From an uncultured archaeon (GTDB lineage: Archaea; Thermoplasmatota; Penumbrarchaeia; JASLWR01), in assembly GCA_964342815.1 (NCBI GenBank), contig CAYFHS010000034.1, positions 1 through 46,810 of the forward strand: 46,810 nt of DNA. The letters run 5' to 3'. The position numbers and the translations under genes are program-made. A model generated the notes under the pieces. It was not told where the DNA came from. It was given only the letters and a program-made list of their open reading frames with translations, and made no database searches. Below, piece after piece: positions 37,035 through 46,808 of this stretch; positions within the stretch are counted from its first letter, which is position 1, and the number at the start of each line of letters is the position of its first letter.

Positions 37035-37598
37035 TTATAATTTACACTTCCTTCCCAGTACATAAATAGAGTCATCTTTTTCCAATTCATCATATGATTT
37101 GATCTCAAGTACCTCATAGATATCCTTGAACAAATCCAATAACTGATTTTCCAAATAATACGTAAACCGCAAACCGTGCATTTCTTCTGTCCTATTCCCT
37201 TTCCAAAACGAGTGGAAAACCAATCCTTCAGGATTCAGTACATACCATTGTCTTTTTAGGGACTTTATTAATTCCGGTTTTGTAAGGTGAATTAAAACTT
37301 TATTTGAATAGATACAATCAAATTTTCGCTCAGTCTCAATCGAAATTGCATCAAGTAATAGTAAATCAGTATTCTTCTTCCGATATAATTCCAAAAATAT
37401 TTTCGAATTATCCGACCCCGTCACTATATAATCCGAACTTAATATATCAAGGTCCTTTCCCGGGCCCATCCCCAATTCCAATATTGTAGATCCGTAATTT
37501 AAAATTCTTTTTAAAATTTCAATTAATTCTTTCCCGTCATAACCTTCGGCCATTTTGATATATTTCAACACATTTTTTTGCTGTTGGAAATATTGCAT
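37035..37598 (-). CDS. Class I SAM-dependent methyltransferase
   Basis: ILELGMGPG, VTGSDNS, FDCIYSNKVLIHL, LNPEG; more AT-rich than its neighbours. Confidence 0.9.
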   Translation of the reverse strand: MQYFQQQKNVLKYIKMAEGYDGKELIEILKRILNYGSTILELGMGPGKDLDILSSDYIVTGSDNSKIFLELYRKKNTDLLLLDAISIETERKFDCIYSNKVLIHLTKPELIKSLKRQWYVLNPEGLVFHSFWKGNRTEEMHGLRFTYYLENQLLDLFKDIYEVLEIKSYDELEKDDSIYVLGRKCKL

Positions 37599-37681
37599 TA
37601 GGTTACCTCTATTTATGGATAGAACTTAACAATTCATATTTTCAGATTTTCACAAAGTAGGTATGGTCTATACCATTTTTT

Positions 37682-40600
37682 TTAAAGTCGTTTGATCCCT
37701 ATTGTGAACTTTTCCCCGGCGATCTCCCATTCTTTCGTAAAATCCTCTTCCTCCGAGAGTCCGAAATTGAAGGATTTGCTCCTGGTATTGTATTTGATGT
37801 TCTCTACTTCCTGCGCCAAAGTGTTCTCTCCGGTGATAACGTCGAATTTTATCAGTACCCTGGTGGAAATATAATCCTCCACTGCCAGATCCATTTCCTT
37901 TCTCATTTCCTGTATCCGTCTTATGAGCTCTCTTGCAAATCCCATGGCCTGAAGCTCCGGGGTCATCACGGTATCGATATAGATCACGCCATCCATATAA
38001 TCAGCCGAAATGACCTCTTCGGGCAGGGCTTGACCGAACTGGACCATTGCCTTTGTAACATCCACCGCTGCATCATGAAGAATCACTTTCAGCTCACCTT
38101 TCTCGAGCTTATTCAATGCTTCCGTGGGATCCATTTCCTTGATAAGATTGGCTACCTTTACCGCTTCCCCTTTGAAGACGGGCCCCAGTCCTGCCATTAC
38201 CGGCTCGATAGTAAGGCGGACGCCTTCCCATGTCTTGCCGGGTTCCACAAGCTCGATGCTTATGGCATTTATCTGCTCTTTCAAAAGATCGCCGTAAACC
38301 TCGAGAGCTTCTCTGGAAATGGGAGTGGACGATACCACTACGATCTTTTTTAAGGGCCATCTGACATTGACCTGCGCCTGCTGTCTTGCATTGAGCACCG
38401 CTTCCACCATGGACCTGATCACATCCATACTCTCCTCCAGTTCGGCGGACCGCCTCTGGTCGTTGACTGTAACGCAATTCTCCATGGCCACCGTGATATT
38501 TTTTCCCGACAAATTCTGGTAAATCTTTTCTGCTATGTGAGGGGTGAAAGGTGAAAGAAGGATGGATGTCTCAAAAAGAGAGTCATAAAGTACGCGGAAT
38601 GCCGCCAGTTTGTCCCTGCTTTCCCCTTCTACCCACGTACGGTCCCTAACCAGCCGAACGTACCACCTCGACAGGTCCTCCAATATGAAGTGTTCGATGG
38701 CCCTCAGCGACTTGTGTACATTGAACCTCTCAAGTTCAAGCTTGGCAGTGCTCTTTGCCTTCTCGAGCCTTGAATAAAGCCATCGGTCCTCTGCTCTGAA
38801 ATCATCTTTCAATTCAGTGTAGCTCCATTTCTCAGGATCGAAAGCGTCGAGAGCCATGTAAGTTGTGGAGAATCGATATATGTTCCAGAGAATGTTGAGT
38901 GTGCGGTTGCCGTTCTTTACACCGTCCCACGAGAAGGGTAGATCCTCCCAGGGCGAGTTGGCGATAAGGAGATAAAAACGTAGTGAATCCACCCCGTACT
39001 TCTCGATGATCTCATGGGGACTTGTTGCGTTACCATCCGATTTGGACATCTTGCGGTATTCCTTGTCCAGAGCGAATCCGTGCATAAGGACCTTATCATA
39101 TGGAATTTTATCGAAGGCTATAACGCTGGCGCCAAGCTGTGAATAGAACCAGCCTCTAGTCTGGTCATGCGCCTCTGTGATCCACCTGCAGGGCCACCAT
39201 TTCTCGAATTCTTCTTTCTCCTGAGGATACTTCAGCTCCGCCCATGAACATACCGCGGAATCGAACCAGACGTCCAGAACGTCGGGTACGCGTGTCATCT
39301 CACCGCCGCATTTACCGCACTCAAGAGTAACTTTATCTATCCACGGTCTGTGCAGGTCCATATCCTTCGTATAATTCTTCCCTTTCTCAAGTTCATCAGT
39401 AAAACCAACAACCTGTTTTTCACCGCAGCCGCAGACCCAGATGGGCATGGGAATACCCCAGTAACGCTGACGGGAAATGCACCAGTCCCTGGTGTTCTCC
39501 ACCCATTTGTACTGTCTAGTACGGCCCGCCCAGTCCGGGTACCATTCTGCCTTTAAAATCTGTTCCAGCATTTTTTCCTTCATTTCGGTAACTTTCAAAA
39601 ACCATTGAGTAGTAGTTCTGTAGGTGATGGGGGTCTTACACCTCCAGCAGTGGCCGTACCTGTGTGTGATATCCCCGGACTGCAGAAGAGTACCTTTTGC
39701 CGCCAACAGCTCCATTATCTCAGCATCGCAATCCTTTGTGAACCTGCCCGCCCATTTCCCCCCGTCCTCGGTAAATACGCCCCTCTCGTCGATGGGGCAG
39801 AACGGGGGAAGCTGATATTCGACGCCGGTTTCGAAATCATCCGGCCCGTGGCCCGGCGCCGTGTGAACGATCCCGGTCTTTTCCAGAGTGACGTATTCTG
39901 CGAGAACCGTTTTGTGAAGCCAGTACAATTCTTTCTGTTCGGGAGCGCTGTGCCAGGGTACTTCGTCGAGCAAGGGCTGCTCGTATTCCAGGCCTTCGAG
40001 ATCGATGCCTTCGAACTTTTCGATTATCTTCATTTCCTGGTATCTTCCTTCCCTTGCCACCTCTTCTGCCAGCTCTTCGGCTACATATAGATATTCTTTT
40101 TCCCCGTTCTTGATGACTTCCATGAGAACGTAGGTGAAATCGGGATGTACTGCTACGCATAGATCGGCGGGGAGGGTCCACGGAGTGGTGGTCCATATAA
40201 CTATGTAATGATTTTCTCTATTTTTTACCTTAAACTTCACGTAAATGGAAGCGTCAGTCTCATCCCAGTACTCAACCTCGGCCTCAGCGAGAGCCGTTTC
40301 GCAACGGGGACACCACGTAAGCACTCTTTGAGCCTGAGTTATAAGCTCACGCTCATGTGCTCTTTTTATGGTCCACCAAGCGGATTTGATATAGTAATTC
40401 TCAAGGGTTCGGTAAGGATTGTCCCAGTCCAGCCATACGCCGAGTTGCTTGAACTGCTTCGTCATTGTTTTTTCGTTGGTGAGGGCGAACTCCCTGCAGG
40501 TTTTAACGAAATTACCGATACCGTGTTTCTCGATATCCTGCTTGTTGGAGAAATTCAGAGCTTTTTCCACCTTGACCTCAATGGGCAGGCCGTGCATGTC

Positions 40601-40855
40601 GTAGCCGGCCTGGTCGCGTATGTTAAAGCCCTGCATGCGCCAATACCGCAGATAAAGATCCTTCAATATCTTGTTCCACGCGGTACCGAGATGGATGGCT
40701 CCGCTGGTATATGGGGGGCCGTCGATGAAGTAGAAGTTAGGCCCGTCTTGATTCTTTTCTTTCGTCAATTCGTACGCTTTTTTGTCGGTCCAGTACTGCT
40801 GGATCTCGGGCTCGAATAAATTGGGGTCGTATTTGGTATTTACCTGTTCTATCAT
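37682..40855 (-). CDS. ileS: Isoleucine--tRNA ligase (archaeal type)
   Basis: DGPPYTSGAIHLGTAWNKILKD, GYDMHGLPIE, WTTTPWTLP, HTAPGHGPDD, DWCISRQRYWG, KMSKS. Confidence 0.98.
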   Translation of the reverse strand: MIEQVNTKYDPNLFEPEIQQYWTDKKAYELTKEKNQDGPNFYFIDGPPYTSGAIHLGTAWNKILKDLYLRYWRMQGFNIRDQAGYDMHGLPIEVKVEKALNFSNKQDIEKHGIGNFVKTCREFALTNEKTMTKQFKQLGVWLDWDNPYRTLENYYIKSAWWTIKRAHERELITQAQRVLTWCPRCETALAEAEVEYWDETDASIYVKFKVKNRENHYIVIWTTTPWTLPADLCVAVHPDFTYVLMEVIKNGEKEYLYVAEELAEEVAREGRYQEMKIIEKFEGIDLEGLEYEQPLLDEVPWHSAPEQKELYWLHKTVLAEYVTLEKTGIVHTAPGHGPDDFETGVEYQLPPFCPIDERGVFTEDGGKWAGRFTKDCDAEIMELLAAKGTLLQSGDITHRYGHCWRCKTPITYRTTTQWFLKVTEMKEKMLEQILKAEWYPDWAGRTRQYKWVENTRDWCISRQRYWGIPMPIWVCGCGEKQVVGFTDELEKGKNYTKDMDLHRPWIDKVTLECGKCGGEMTRVPDVLDVWFDSAVCSWAELKYPQEKEEFEKWWPCRWITEAHDQTRGWFYSQLGASVIAFDKIPYDKVLMHGFALDKEYRKMSKSDGNATSPHEIIEKYGVDSLRFYLLIANSPWEDLPFSWDGVKNGNRTLNILWNIYRFSTTYMALDAFDPEKWSYTELKDDFRAEDRWLYSRLEKAKSTAKLELERFNVHKSLRAIEHFILEDLSRWYVRLVRDRTWVEGESRDKLAAFRVLYDSLFETSILLSPFTPHIAEKIYQNLSGKNITVAMENCVTVNDQRRSAELEESMDVIRSMVEAVLNARQQAQVNVRWPLKKIVVVSSTPISREALEVYGDLLKEQINAISIELVEPGKTWEGVRLTIEPVMAGLGPVFKGEAVKVANLIKEMDPTEALNKLEKGELKVILHDAAVDVTKAMVQFGQALPEEVISADYMDGVIYIDTVMTPELQAMGFARELIRRIQEMRKEMDLAVEDYISTRVLIKFDVITGENTLAQEVENIKYNTRSKSFNFGLSEEEDFTKEWEIAGEKFTIGIKRL

Positions 40856-40993
40856 TTGAAACCCTCTGGATGAAGTTCATGAGGTTTTTTAAATCGTAAC
40901 TAGGAATGTTATTTCCATTTTTCGCAGATAAAATGAGTTACGAATAAAACCGTTGGTGTTGTGATCTCATGAAAGTATGCTGAGAGGGTAAGC

Positions 40994-41095
40994 ATCAATC
41001 GTAAGAACTTCTATACATATAAGAAGGAACTTAGCCAGGGTAAAGTACCAAGGCTCAGTAAGCCAACACTCAGAAAGCTCAGAGCTTTGTTTTGA
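40994..41095 (+). repeat. Direct repeat copy 1: 3' end of a coding sequence resembling the C-terminal HTH tail of casposases
   Basis: 40994-41076 matches 46174-46256 at 78/83 nt; it reads INRKNFYTYKKELSQGKVPRLSKPTLRKLRALF-stop. Confidence 0.85.
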
Positions 41096-41111
41096 ACTAG
41101 ATTACTTATTT

Positions 41112-41627
41112 TCAATCTAAAATGTCATACATGTTAATTAATCCGTTTTTCAGTTTCAGAGATTTTTTGTATGCATCCTCTAACTCATTATATACAGTTT
41201 TTGTTATAACCTTAATTTTATATATTTGTCGTGAAATGGCAAATGTCAATAAACTTGACAATATTATCGCAATAAAAAAACTGACTTTTAACATGGGTAT
41301 CTTTTTAGTAAGCTCAGAATGTTCAAGTCGGAATTTCACCCATGCTTCTTGGTTCCCTTGTTTGTGAAAAGTATCGATCATCATTTCTAAGTCTTCGATA
41401 TCTCCATAGTATGCATTTATTCTAATACGTATTAATACTGTAATCGAGACTCCTATTATCACAACAACTATTAAAAGAACTATGAAAAGTATAAATTCTG
41501 TACTCGATAACTTTTTTATGCTATTTTTGGCTTCATCATAATCAACTTTCGCCAAATAATTTACATCGAAGGTCTTTCTCAGATCCTTCTCAAAAAGTGC
41601 CATTCGATTATTTTTCACAAATCTCAC
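41112..41627 (-). CDS. Two-TM hypothetical membrane protein
   Basis: 171 aa (GTG start; ATG alternative eight codons in) with two hydrophobic helices; AT-rich. Confidence 0.7.
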   Translation of the reverse strand: MRFVKNNRMALFEKDLRKTFDVNYLAKVDYDEAKNSIKKLSSTEFILFIVLLIVVVIIGVSITVLIRIRINAYYGDIEDLEMMIDTFHKQGNQEAWVKFRLEHSELTKKIPMLKVSFFIAIILSSLLTFAISRQIYKIKVITKTVYNELEDAYKKSLKLKNGLINMYDILD

Positions 41628-41787
41628 CGGATACGTTTGTTATTTTTCAGGTTGTTGTTGTATCATATATGTTCTTACTACCTATCAGGTGAGAGGTAAA
41701 TAAATCTTTGCAATCCAACATCCTTCTAGTGGACTTAGAGGTCCCGTTATGGGTTGTGTGAATTCCTTGAACAAGGGAGGGTTAAGG

Positions 41788-42169
41788 GTCTGTTACTTCC
41801 AAAAAGAGTTCAAGAAGCTTGGTCGATGTAACCATTATCAAAGCCTTGGAGGAAAATGTTTTCAAGAAGAATGATTTCCTCAGAACGGATAATTATGAGA
41901 TCAGGATAAGACCTGATGGAACAAGAAAACTTATTGATGCACTTGATAGAACCTTCTCTCAAAGAATAAATTTCAAAGGTATGAATAACCAATGGTATAG
42001 GATTCTTCAGTATAACGCTAGAGATTTTTCCCAATTTCTTCGAGGAAAAAGAAAGAAGATCGAGTCGACACACCAATGCTTCTACTATCACATTGTCCTC
42101 TTCATAAAAAAAGGATTTGTACGCAGTGAAGTCGTGAAAGACAAACATCACTTCTATGTGAATGAATAG
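41788..42169 (+). pseudogene. cas1: Cas1-solo/casposase C-terminal fragment, apparently fused to an unrelated 3' piece
   Basis: LVDVTIIKALEENVFKKNDFLRTDNYEIRIRPDGTRKLIDAL...WYRILQYNARDFSQFLRGKRKKIE resembles the casposase segment after the DLQEPFR motif. The upstream VCYFQKEFKKL is one base out of frame. There is no N-terminal domain. Confidence 0.7.
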
Positions 42170-42386
42170 AAAAAACTACAATGATCTTTCAATCGTTCAT
42201 GGAAACTCAGATTATACAATAAAGGGTCTATAATAAATCTTTCAGTCGATCATGTTTTCTTTTTAAAAAAAATACTTTCTGGACGCCTCCATATTCATCT
42301 ATATGAAATCATAAGAAGATATCGAAAAAACTATAAAGCATTCCGTTTCTACATCTAGGTTAGAACATGATTTAAGAGGTGTACAT

Positions 42387-45300
42387 ATGACTTTCAAGAA
42401 AATTGAGGTATTGAGTTACTTGCTCACTATTATCTTAATACTCCTATCGTCACTATCAGCGCTGTATTGTAATCCTGAAGTACAACAGAACCAAGAAAGT
42501 CAATCAACAAGTGCCGTCTATGTAAGTATGTCCATAAACGAGGATTCCTCTACTCCACAAAAAACAGATTATAAGGCAATCGTTAATCGGAAAAGCAATA
42601 CACACAATTTTGCATTAGAAAAAGATTATTATGATTCTCTAGGTAGAATTGAAGATATTGTCTGGGATCCTACCGGGAAGAAGATAGCTTCAGGTTCGAG
42701 TTCTCAAATCAAGATATGGGACATTGAAAATCGTAGATGCACACTCACTATAGATGGACATGAAAGGGGGACCGTTTCAGGAGTCGAATGGACTACTAAT
42801 GGGGAAAAGATAATAAGTGGATCTCTTGATAATTCTTTAAAGATATGGGATAGTGAAACCGGAGAATGTCTCACAACGTTGACAGAAGATCATCGATTAA
42901 TTTTTGACAGAGGTACAATCAACGATATTTCATTATCCCCCGATGGGAAATGGCTGGCATCGGTTGGTGATGAAGCGGAGCCAGCCCCGGGCGGAGGATC
43001 ATTTACGGACGGAGTTATGAATATTTGGGATATTTCCAAAGGTGAAATTGTTCAAACAATAACAAATCAAATGGGTTTTATTTGGAATGTGGATTGGTCC
43101 CCGCTTGGGAACGAATTAGCTATTCAATTGTATGACGAAATCAGGATATGGGATACAACCAATTGGGAACACATTAGAACAATTATAGATTATGACAATG
43201 CCTTCCTTGACATTTCATATTCTCCGGATGGTTCTTACCTTGCGGCATGTACGGGAGCTGATACTGTAAAGATCTGGAATGTAGAGAACGGCGATTTGCT
43301 GAAAACGCTCTTAGGTGATCACTATTATACGGGTTGCGTTGAATGGAGCCCTGATGGAGATGCCATAGGCATTAGTTATGAAGTTGGAGGTTATGGAGAT
43401 GATTATGGTATAGAAATATGGGATACCACCACATGGAATAAGATCGAAATCCTTTCAGGTCATTGGTATAATGTAAATTGTATATCCTGGTCTCCAGATG
43501 GCTCGTTATTGATAACCGGAGAAGATGGTTTTATGAAACTGTGGGATCCGAACAGCTGGGAATGGTTGGACAATGTGACTGAAGATGGTTCTGAAGTTAA
43601 TATCGTCTCCTGGTCTCCTGATGGCCAAGAATTAGCGATTGGATATTTGGATAATCGAATACGACTTTTAAAAACCAGTTCGTGGCAATCGATTTCGATT
43701 GCGTCTGAATATTCTTATGACTGGATATTGGACATATCATGGGCTCCAAACGGGAATCTATTTGCATCCTCTTCCACAGACGGTTCTGTAAGAATATGGG
43801 ATGGAGACACAGGGAATTGTATCAAAACGATTATTTATGATCCCTATATCTTTTCGCGAGAAATTGATTGGTCTTCGGATGGCTCAAATATTGCAATTCT
43901 ATATGATAATGAGGTAAGTATTTTGGAGACAGAAAATTGGGAATCTCACCACACATTAACTGGGCATACGAACAGCATTTCATCTATTGCTTGGTCACCA
44001 AACGGGAATTATATCGCATCATCATCTTATGCAGGTATTTGGCCAGATGTGCAAGGAGAAATTAAAATATGGAATGGCATATCTTATGATTGTGTGGAAA
44101 CATTAGTCATCCCCACAGACGAGATCAATAGTCTGAAATGGTCCCCCGATAGTAACTACCTTGCTTCAGCCTCCGAAGATGGAACTGTTACGATATGGGA
44201 CACTAACACTTGGATGTGTGAAAAAACTCTTACTTCGGATTTGGATTGTGCTCACACAATATCTTGGTCTCAGGATGGGAATATATTATCTTCCGCTGGT
44301 TATTGTGAAGATTCAGGTTATGACCAATACATATTTTTTTGGGATACTTCTAGTTGGGATTGCATCCAAACTCTTAATGCTCACAACCTTCATATTAAAA
44401 CCCTTGATTGGTCTGCTGATAACACGAGACTAGCATCAGGATCTGAAGGTTATTCCGTTTTAATATGGTCCCAGGATTCTGACGGCGATCGCTATGTGGA
44501 CAATGTAGATGCATTCCCAAATGATCCCGCGGCTTCTGACGACGGGGACAACGATGGATATCCAGATATTTGGAATTGGGAAAAGACTTCGGAGAACTCA
44601 ACTTCAGAGCCACCATTATATTTAGATGATTTTCCTACCGACCCCGCAGTATCGTTGGATAGTGATGGCGATGGATATCCCGATTGTTGGAATGAAGGGA
44701 AAAGTCCAATTGATTCTACTACAGGTATTGGAAAGCTTGATGACTTTCCATATAATGATACCCAGTGGAATGATACTGATGGTGATGGTTACGGCGACAA
44801 TCATGGCTATAAATGGATGGAGTATTCATATGATTTAAAAAAATGGATTAATCTCGCTTACAAACCAGATCAATTTCCTTTTGATCCAACTCAATGGAAT
44901 GACACCGATAATGATGGATATGGCGACAATTATAATAATATTTCCTGGGCAAGGTATAGAACGGTGGGAATTTTTATTCCAGATGCTAATAAACCTGATC
45001 GTTTTCCAGAACATTCGGACCAATGGAATGATACAGATGGTGATGGTTGGGGGGATGAAAGATGGGGATATAAATCTGATGATTTCCCATTTGATGGCAC
45101 TCAATGGATGGATAATGATTATGATGGGTTTGGAGATAACCAATCTGGAAATAATCCCGATATGTTTCCCGATGATCGGGCCGCGTCAAAGGACACTGAC
45201 AGAGACGGATTTCCAGATGAATGGAATTCTGGAAAAAATGAAAACGACTCTACTACGGAACCGCCACTATATCTAGATGATTTCCCCCTAGATCCTGCTG

Positions 45301-46025
45301 CGTCCAAGGATACTGACAGAGACGGGTGTCCAGATAAATGGAATCAAAATATGAATAAAAGCGATTCAACAACCGGGTTACAATTAGACATGTTCTCGGA
45401 AGATCCTTCAGCTAGTATTGATACCGATGGAGATGGCTATCCGGACGAATGGAACTTAGGAATGAATGACTCCAATTCCACAACAGGTCTAAGACTTGAC
45501 AAATTTCCTGAGGATAAAACGATTTCAATGGACACCGATGGGGACGGCTATCCAGACAGATATCTCATCTGGGTTTATGAAGAAAATTATAAAGGAGAAT
45601 TAATTCCATTGGATCAATTTCCAAACGACATTGCTGCAAGCATTGATACTGATAAAGATGGCTATCCAGATGAATGGAATCCCGGTGAGAACGAAATGAA
45701 TTCAACAACTGGATTAAAATTAGACCATTTTCCAAATAACCCAAATAAATGGCAAAAAGAAGACACCAATAACAACAAAACAAACGAAAGCTTGATACAA
45801 GGTTTTTTAAATTCAAACCTTTGGATACCAATAATTATAGCAGGTATAGTGATACTACTTATAGTCATAACATGGATCTTCTTGAAACGAAGTCGAACGA
45901 AAAAGCAGTTAGATTTAATCTATAAAACGAAACGGTCAAATGTTTCAATATTGGATGATGAATCTGAAACTACAGATGAAAGTAGTATACCTAAAGAAGA
46001 TCATATCCCACTACCAAAATGGTGA
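42387..46025 (+). CDS. Membrane-anchored protein with 14 WD40 repeats and thrombospondin type-3-like Ca-binding repeats
   Basis: AAGAGGTG RBS, N-terminal hydrophobic signal, 14 countable WSPDG...IWD units, many DxDGDGYPD / DxFPxDP units, and a TM followed by KRSRTKK. Confidence 0.9.
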   Translation: MTFKKIEVLSYLLTIILILLSSLSALYCNPEVQQNQESQSTSAVYVSMSINEDSSTPQKTDYKAIVNRKSNTHNFALEKDYYDSLGRIEDIVWDPTGKKIASGSSSQIKIWDIENRRCTLTIDGHERGTVSGVEWTTNGEKIISGSLDNSLKIWDSETGECLTTLTEDHRLIFDRGTINDISLSPDGKWLASVGDEAEPAPGGGSFTDGVMNIWDISKGEIVQTITNQMGFIWNVDWSPLGNELAIQLYDEIRIWDTTNWEHIRTIIDYDNAFLDISYSPDGSYLAACTGADTVKIWNVENGDLLKTLLGDHYYTGCVEWSPDGDAIGISYEVGGYGDDYGIEIWDTTTWNKIEILSGHWYNVNCISWSPDGSLLITGEDGFMKLWDPNSWEWLDNVTEDGSEVNIVSWSPDGQELAIGYLDNRIRLLKTSSWQSISIASEYSYDWILDISWAPNGNLFASSSTDGSVRIWDGDTGNCIKTIIYDPYIFSREIDWSSDGSNIAILYDNEVSILETENWESHHTLTGHTNSISSIAWSPNGNYIASSSYAGIWPDVQGEIKIWNGISYDCVETLVIPTDEINSLKWSPDSNYLASASEDGTVTIWDTNTWMCEKTLTSDLDCAHTISWSQDGNILSSAGYCEDSGYDQYIFFWDTSSWDCIQTLNAHNLHIKTLDWSADNTRLASGSEGYSVLIWSQDSDGDRYVDNVDAFPNDPAASDDGDNDGYPDIWNWEKTSENSTSEPPLYLDDFPTDPAVSLDSDGDGYPDCWNEGKSPIDSTTGIGKLDDFPYNDTQWNDTDGDGYGDNHGYKWMEYSYDLKKWINLAYKPDQFPFDPTQWNDTDNDGYGDNYNNISWARYRTVGIFIPDANKPDRFPEHSDQWNDTDGDGWGDERWGYKSDDFPFDGTQWMDNDYDGFGDNQSGNNPDMFPDDRAASKDTDRDGFPDEWNSGKNENDSTTEPPLYLDDFPLDPAASKDTDRDGCPDKWNQNMNKSDSTTGLQLDMFSEDPSASIDTDGDGYPDEWNLGMNDSNSTTGLRLDKFPEDKTISMDTDGDGYPDRYLIWVYEENYKGELIPLDQFPNDIAASIDTDKDGYPDEWNPGENEMNSTTGLKLDHFPNNPNKWQKEDTNNNKTNESLIQGFLNSNLWIPIIIAGIVILLIVITWIFLKRSRTKKQLDLIYKTKRSNVSILDDESETTDESSIPKEDHIPLPKW

Positions 46026-46173
46026 TAAATGCTTTCAATTAACTTTGCCAGTCGGTAAGTTATTTGTGTAATCACATATGGTCCTCGATAATCTCCAGCA
46101 TGCATATCCTTCAATTTTCCTCATTGAGAAAGAATTTATTCCGATTCAGGGCGAGAAACACTAGTCGATTTGG

Positions 46174-46275
46174 ATCAACCGTAAGAACTTCTATACCTTC
46201 AAGAAGGAACTTAGCAAGGGTAAAGTACCAAGGCTCAGTAAGCCAACACTCAGAAAACTAAGCACTTTAATGTAA
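46174..46275 (+). repeat. Direct repeat copy 2 of the casposase-like HTH tail
   Basis: Reads INRKNFYTFKKELSKGKVPRLSKPTLRKLSTLM-stop; the stop is at the same offset as in copy 1. Confidence 0.85.
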
Positions 46276-46325
46276 GCATTAACAAACCTATAAGTTTAAA
46301 AATAATAATCCAAATGTCAAAATCC

Positions 46326-46808
46326 CTATTCAATAGAAAAGGTGAGCCAACAACTATATTGATAATCCGTATTTTGAATATAAGTATAATCAACATTGAA
46401 TTCAACTAAAGTATTTATTAGCATGTTTGCCCAATTATCATCAATCTTTGTCTGATATTCTTCCTTGCAATTCTTTTGATTTGGCGATTGCATCTCATTG
46501 TCAATCGTTAAAAAAAGTTCATGATTGATATATACGTTTAACATTAAATCACCGCAATTCCTTTCTTGGAAGTTCATCGTGTTATTCCAGTAAATTCCAA
46601 AACGCATTTGTTTTCCAAGAATTCTTTGTGGATCAATATTATACTGAAATCCATCATATATTGAATTTACAACAGAGTTTAATCCAAATCCTGTTGAACT
46701 ATATGATTTAGTATCAAAGGTTATATCAGTCTCGGAACCTTCTCCGCCCTTAACTTTGTCAACGGCGCTCCAATTTTCCCCAATTTCGGCGCTTGAAAAT
46801 TCCCCACT
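46326..46808 (-). CDS. Hypothetical protein; 5' part lies outside the window
   Basis: The frame of the 93-aa track ORF stays open to the right edge (...SGEFSSAEIGENWSAVDK...ILGKQMRFG...). Confidence 0.7.
   Translation of the reverse strand, partial: SGEFSSAEIGENWSAVDKVKGGEGSETDITFDTKSYSSTGFGLNSVVNSIYDGFQYNIDPQRILGKQMRFGIYWNNTMNFQERNCGDLMLNVYINHELFLTIDNEMQSPNQKNCKEEYQTKIDDNWANMLINTLVEFNVDYTYIQNTDYQYSCWLTFSIE

Noticed and set aside
42387-46025. WD40 + HEAT proteins as a protocoatomer pair
   Set aside because: The WD40 region is predicted outside the membrane, lies about 17 kb away in a compositionally distinct island, and has no alpha-solenoid of its own.
40994-46275. CRISPR array near the cas1 fragment
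   Set aside because: There are only two repeat copies, about 100 bp long and 5.2 kb apart, with coding-type divergence; no 25-45 bp repeat-spacer periodicity is seen anywhere.
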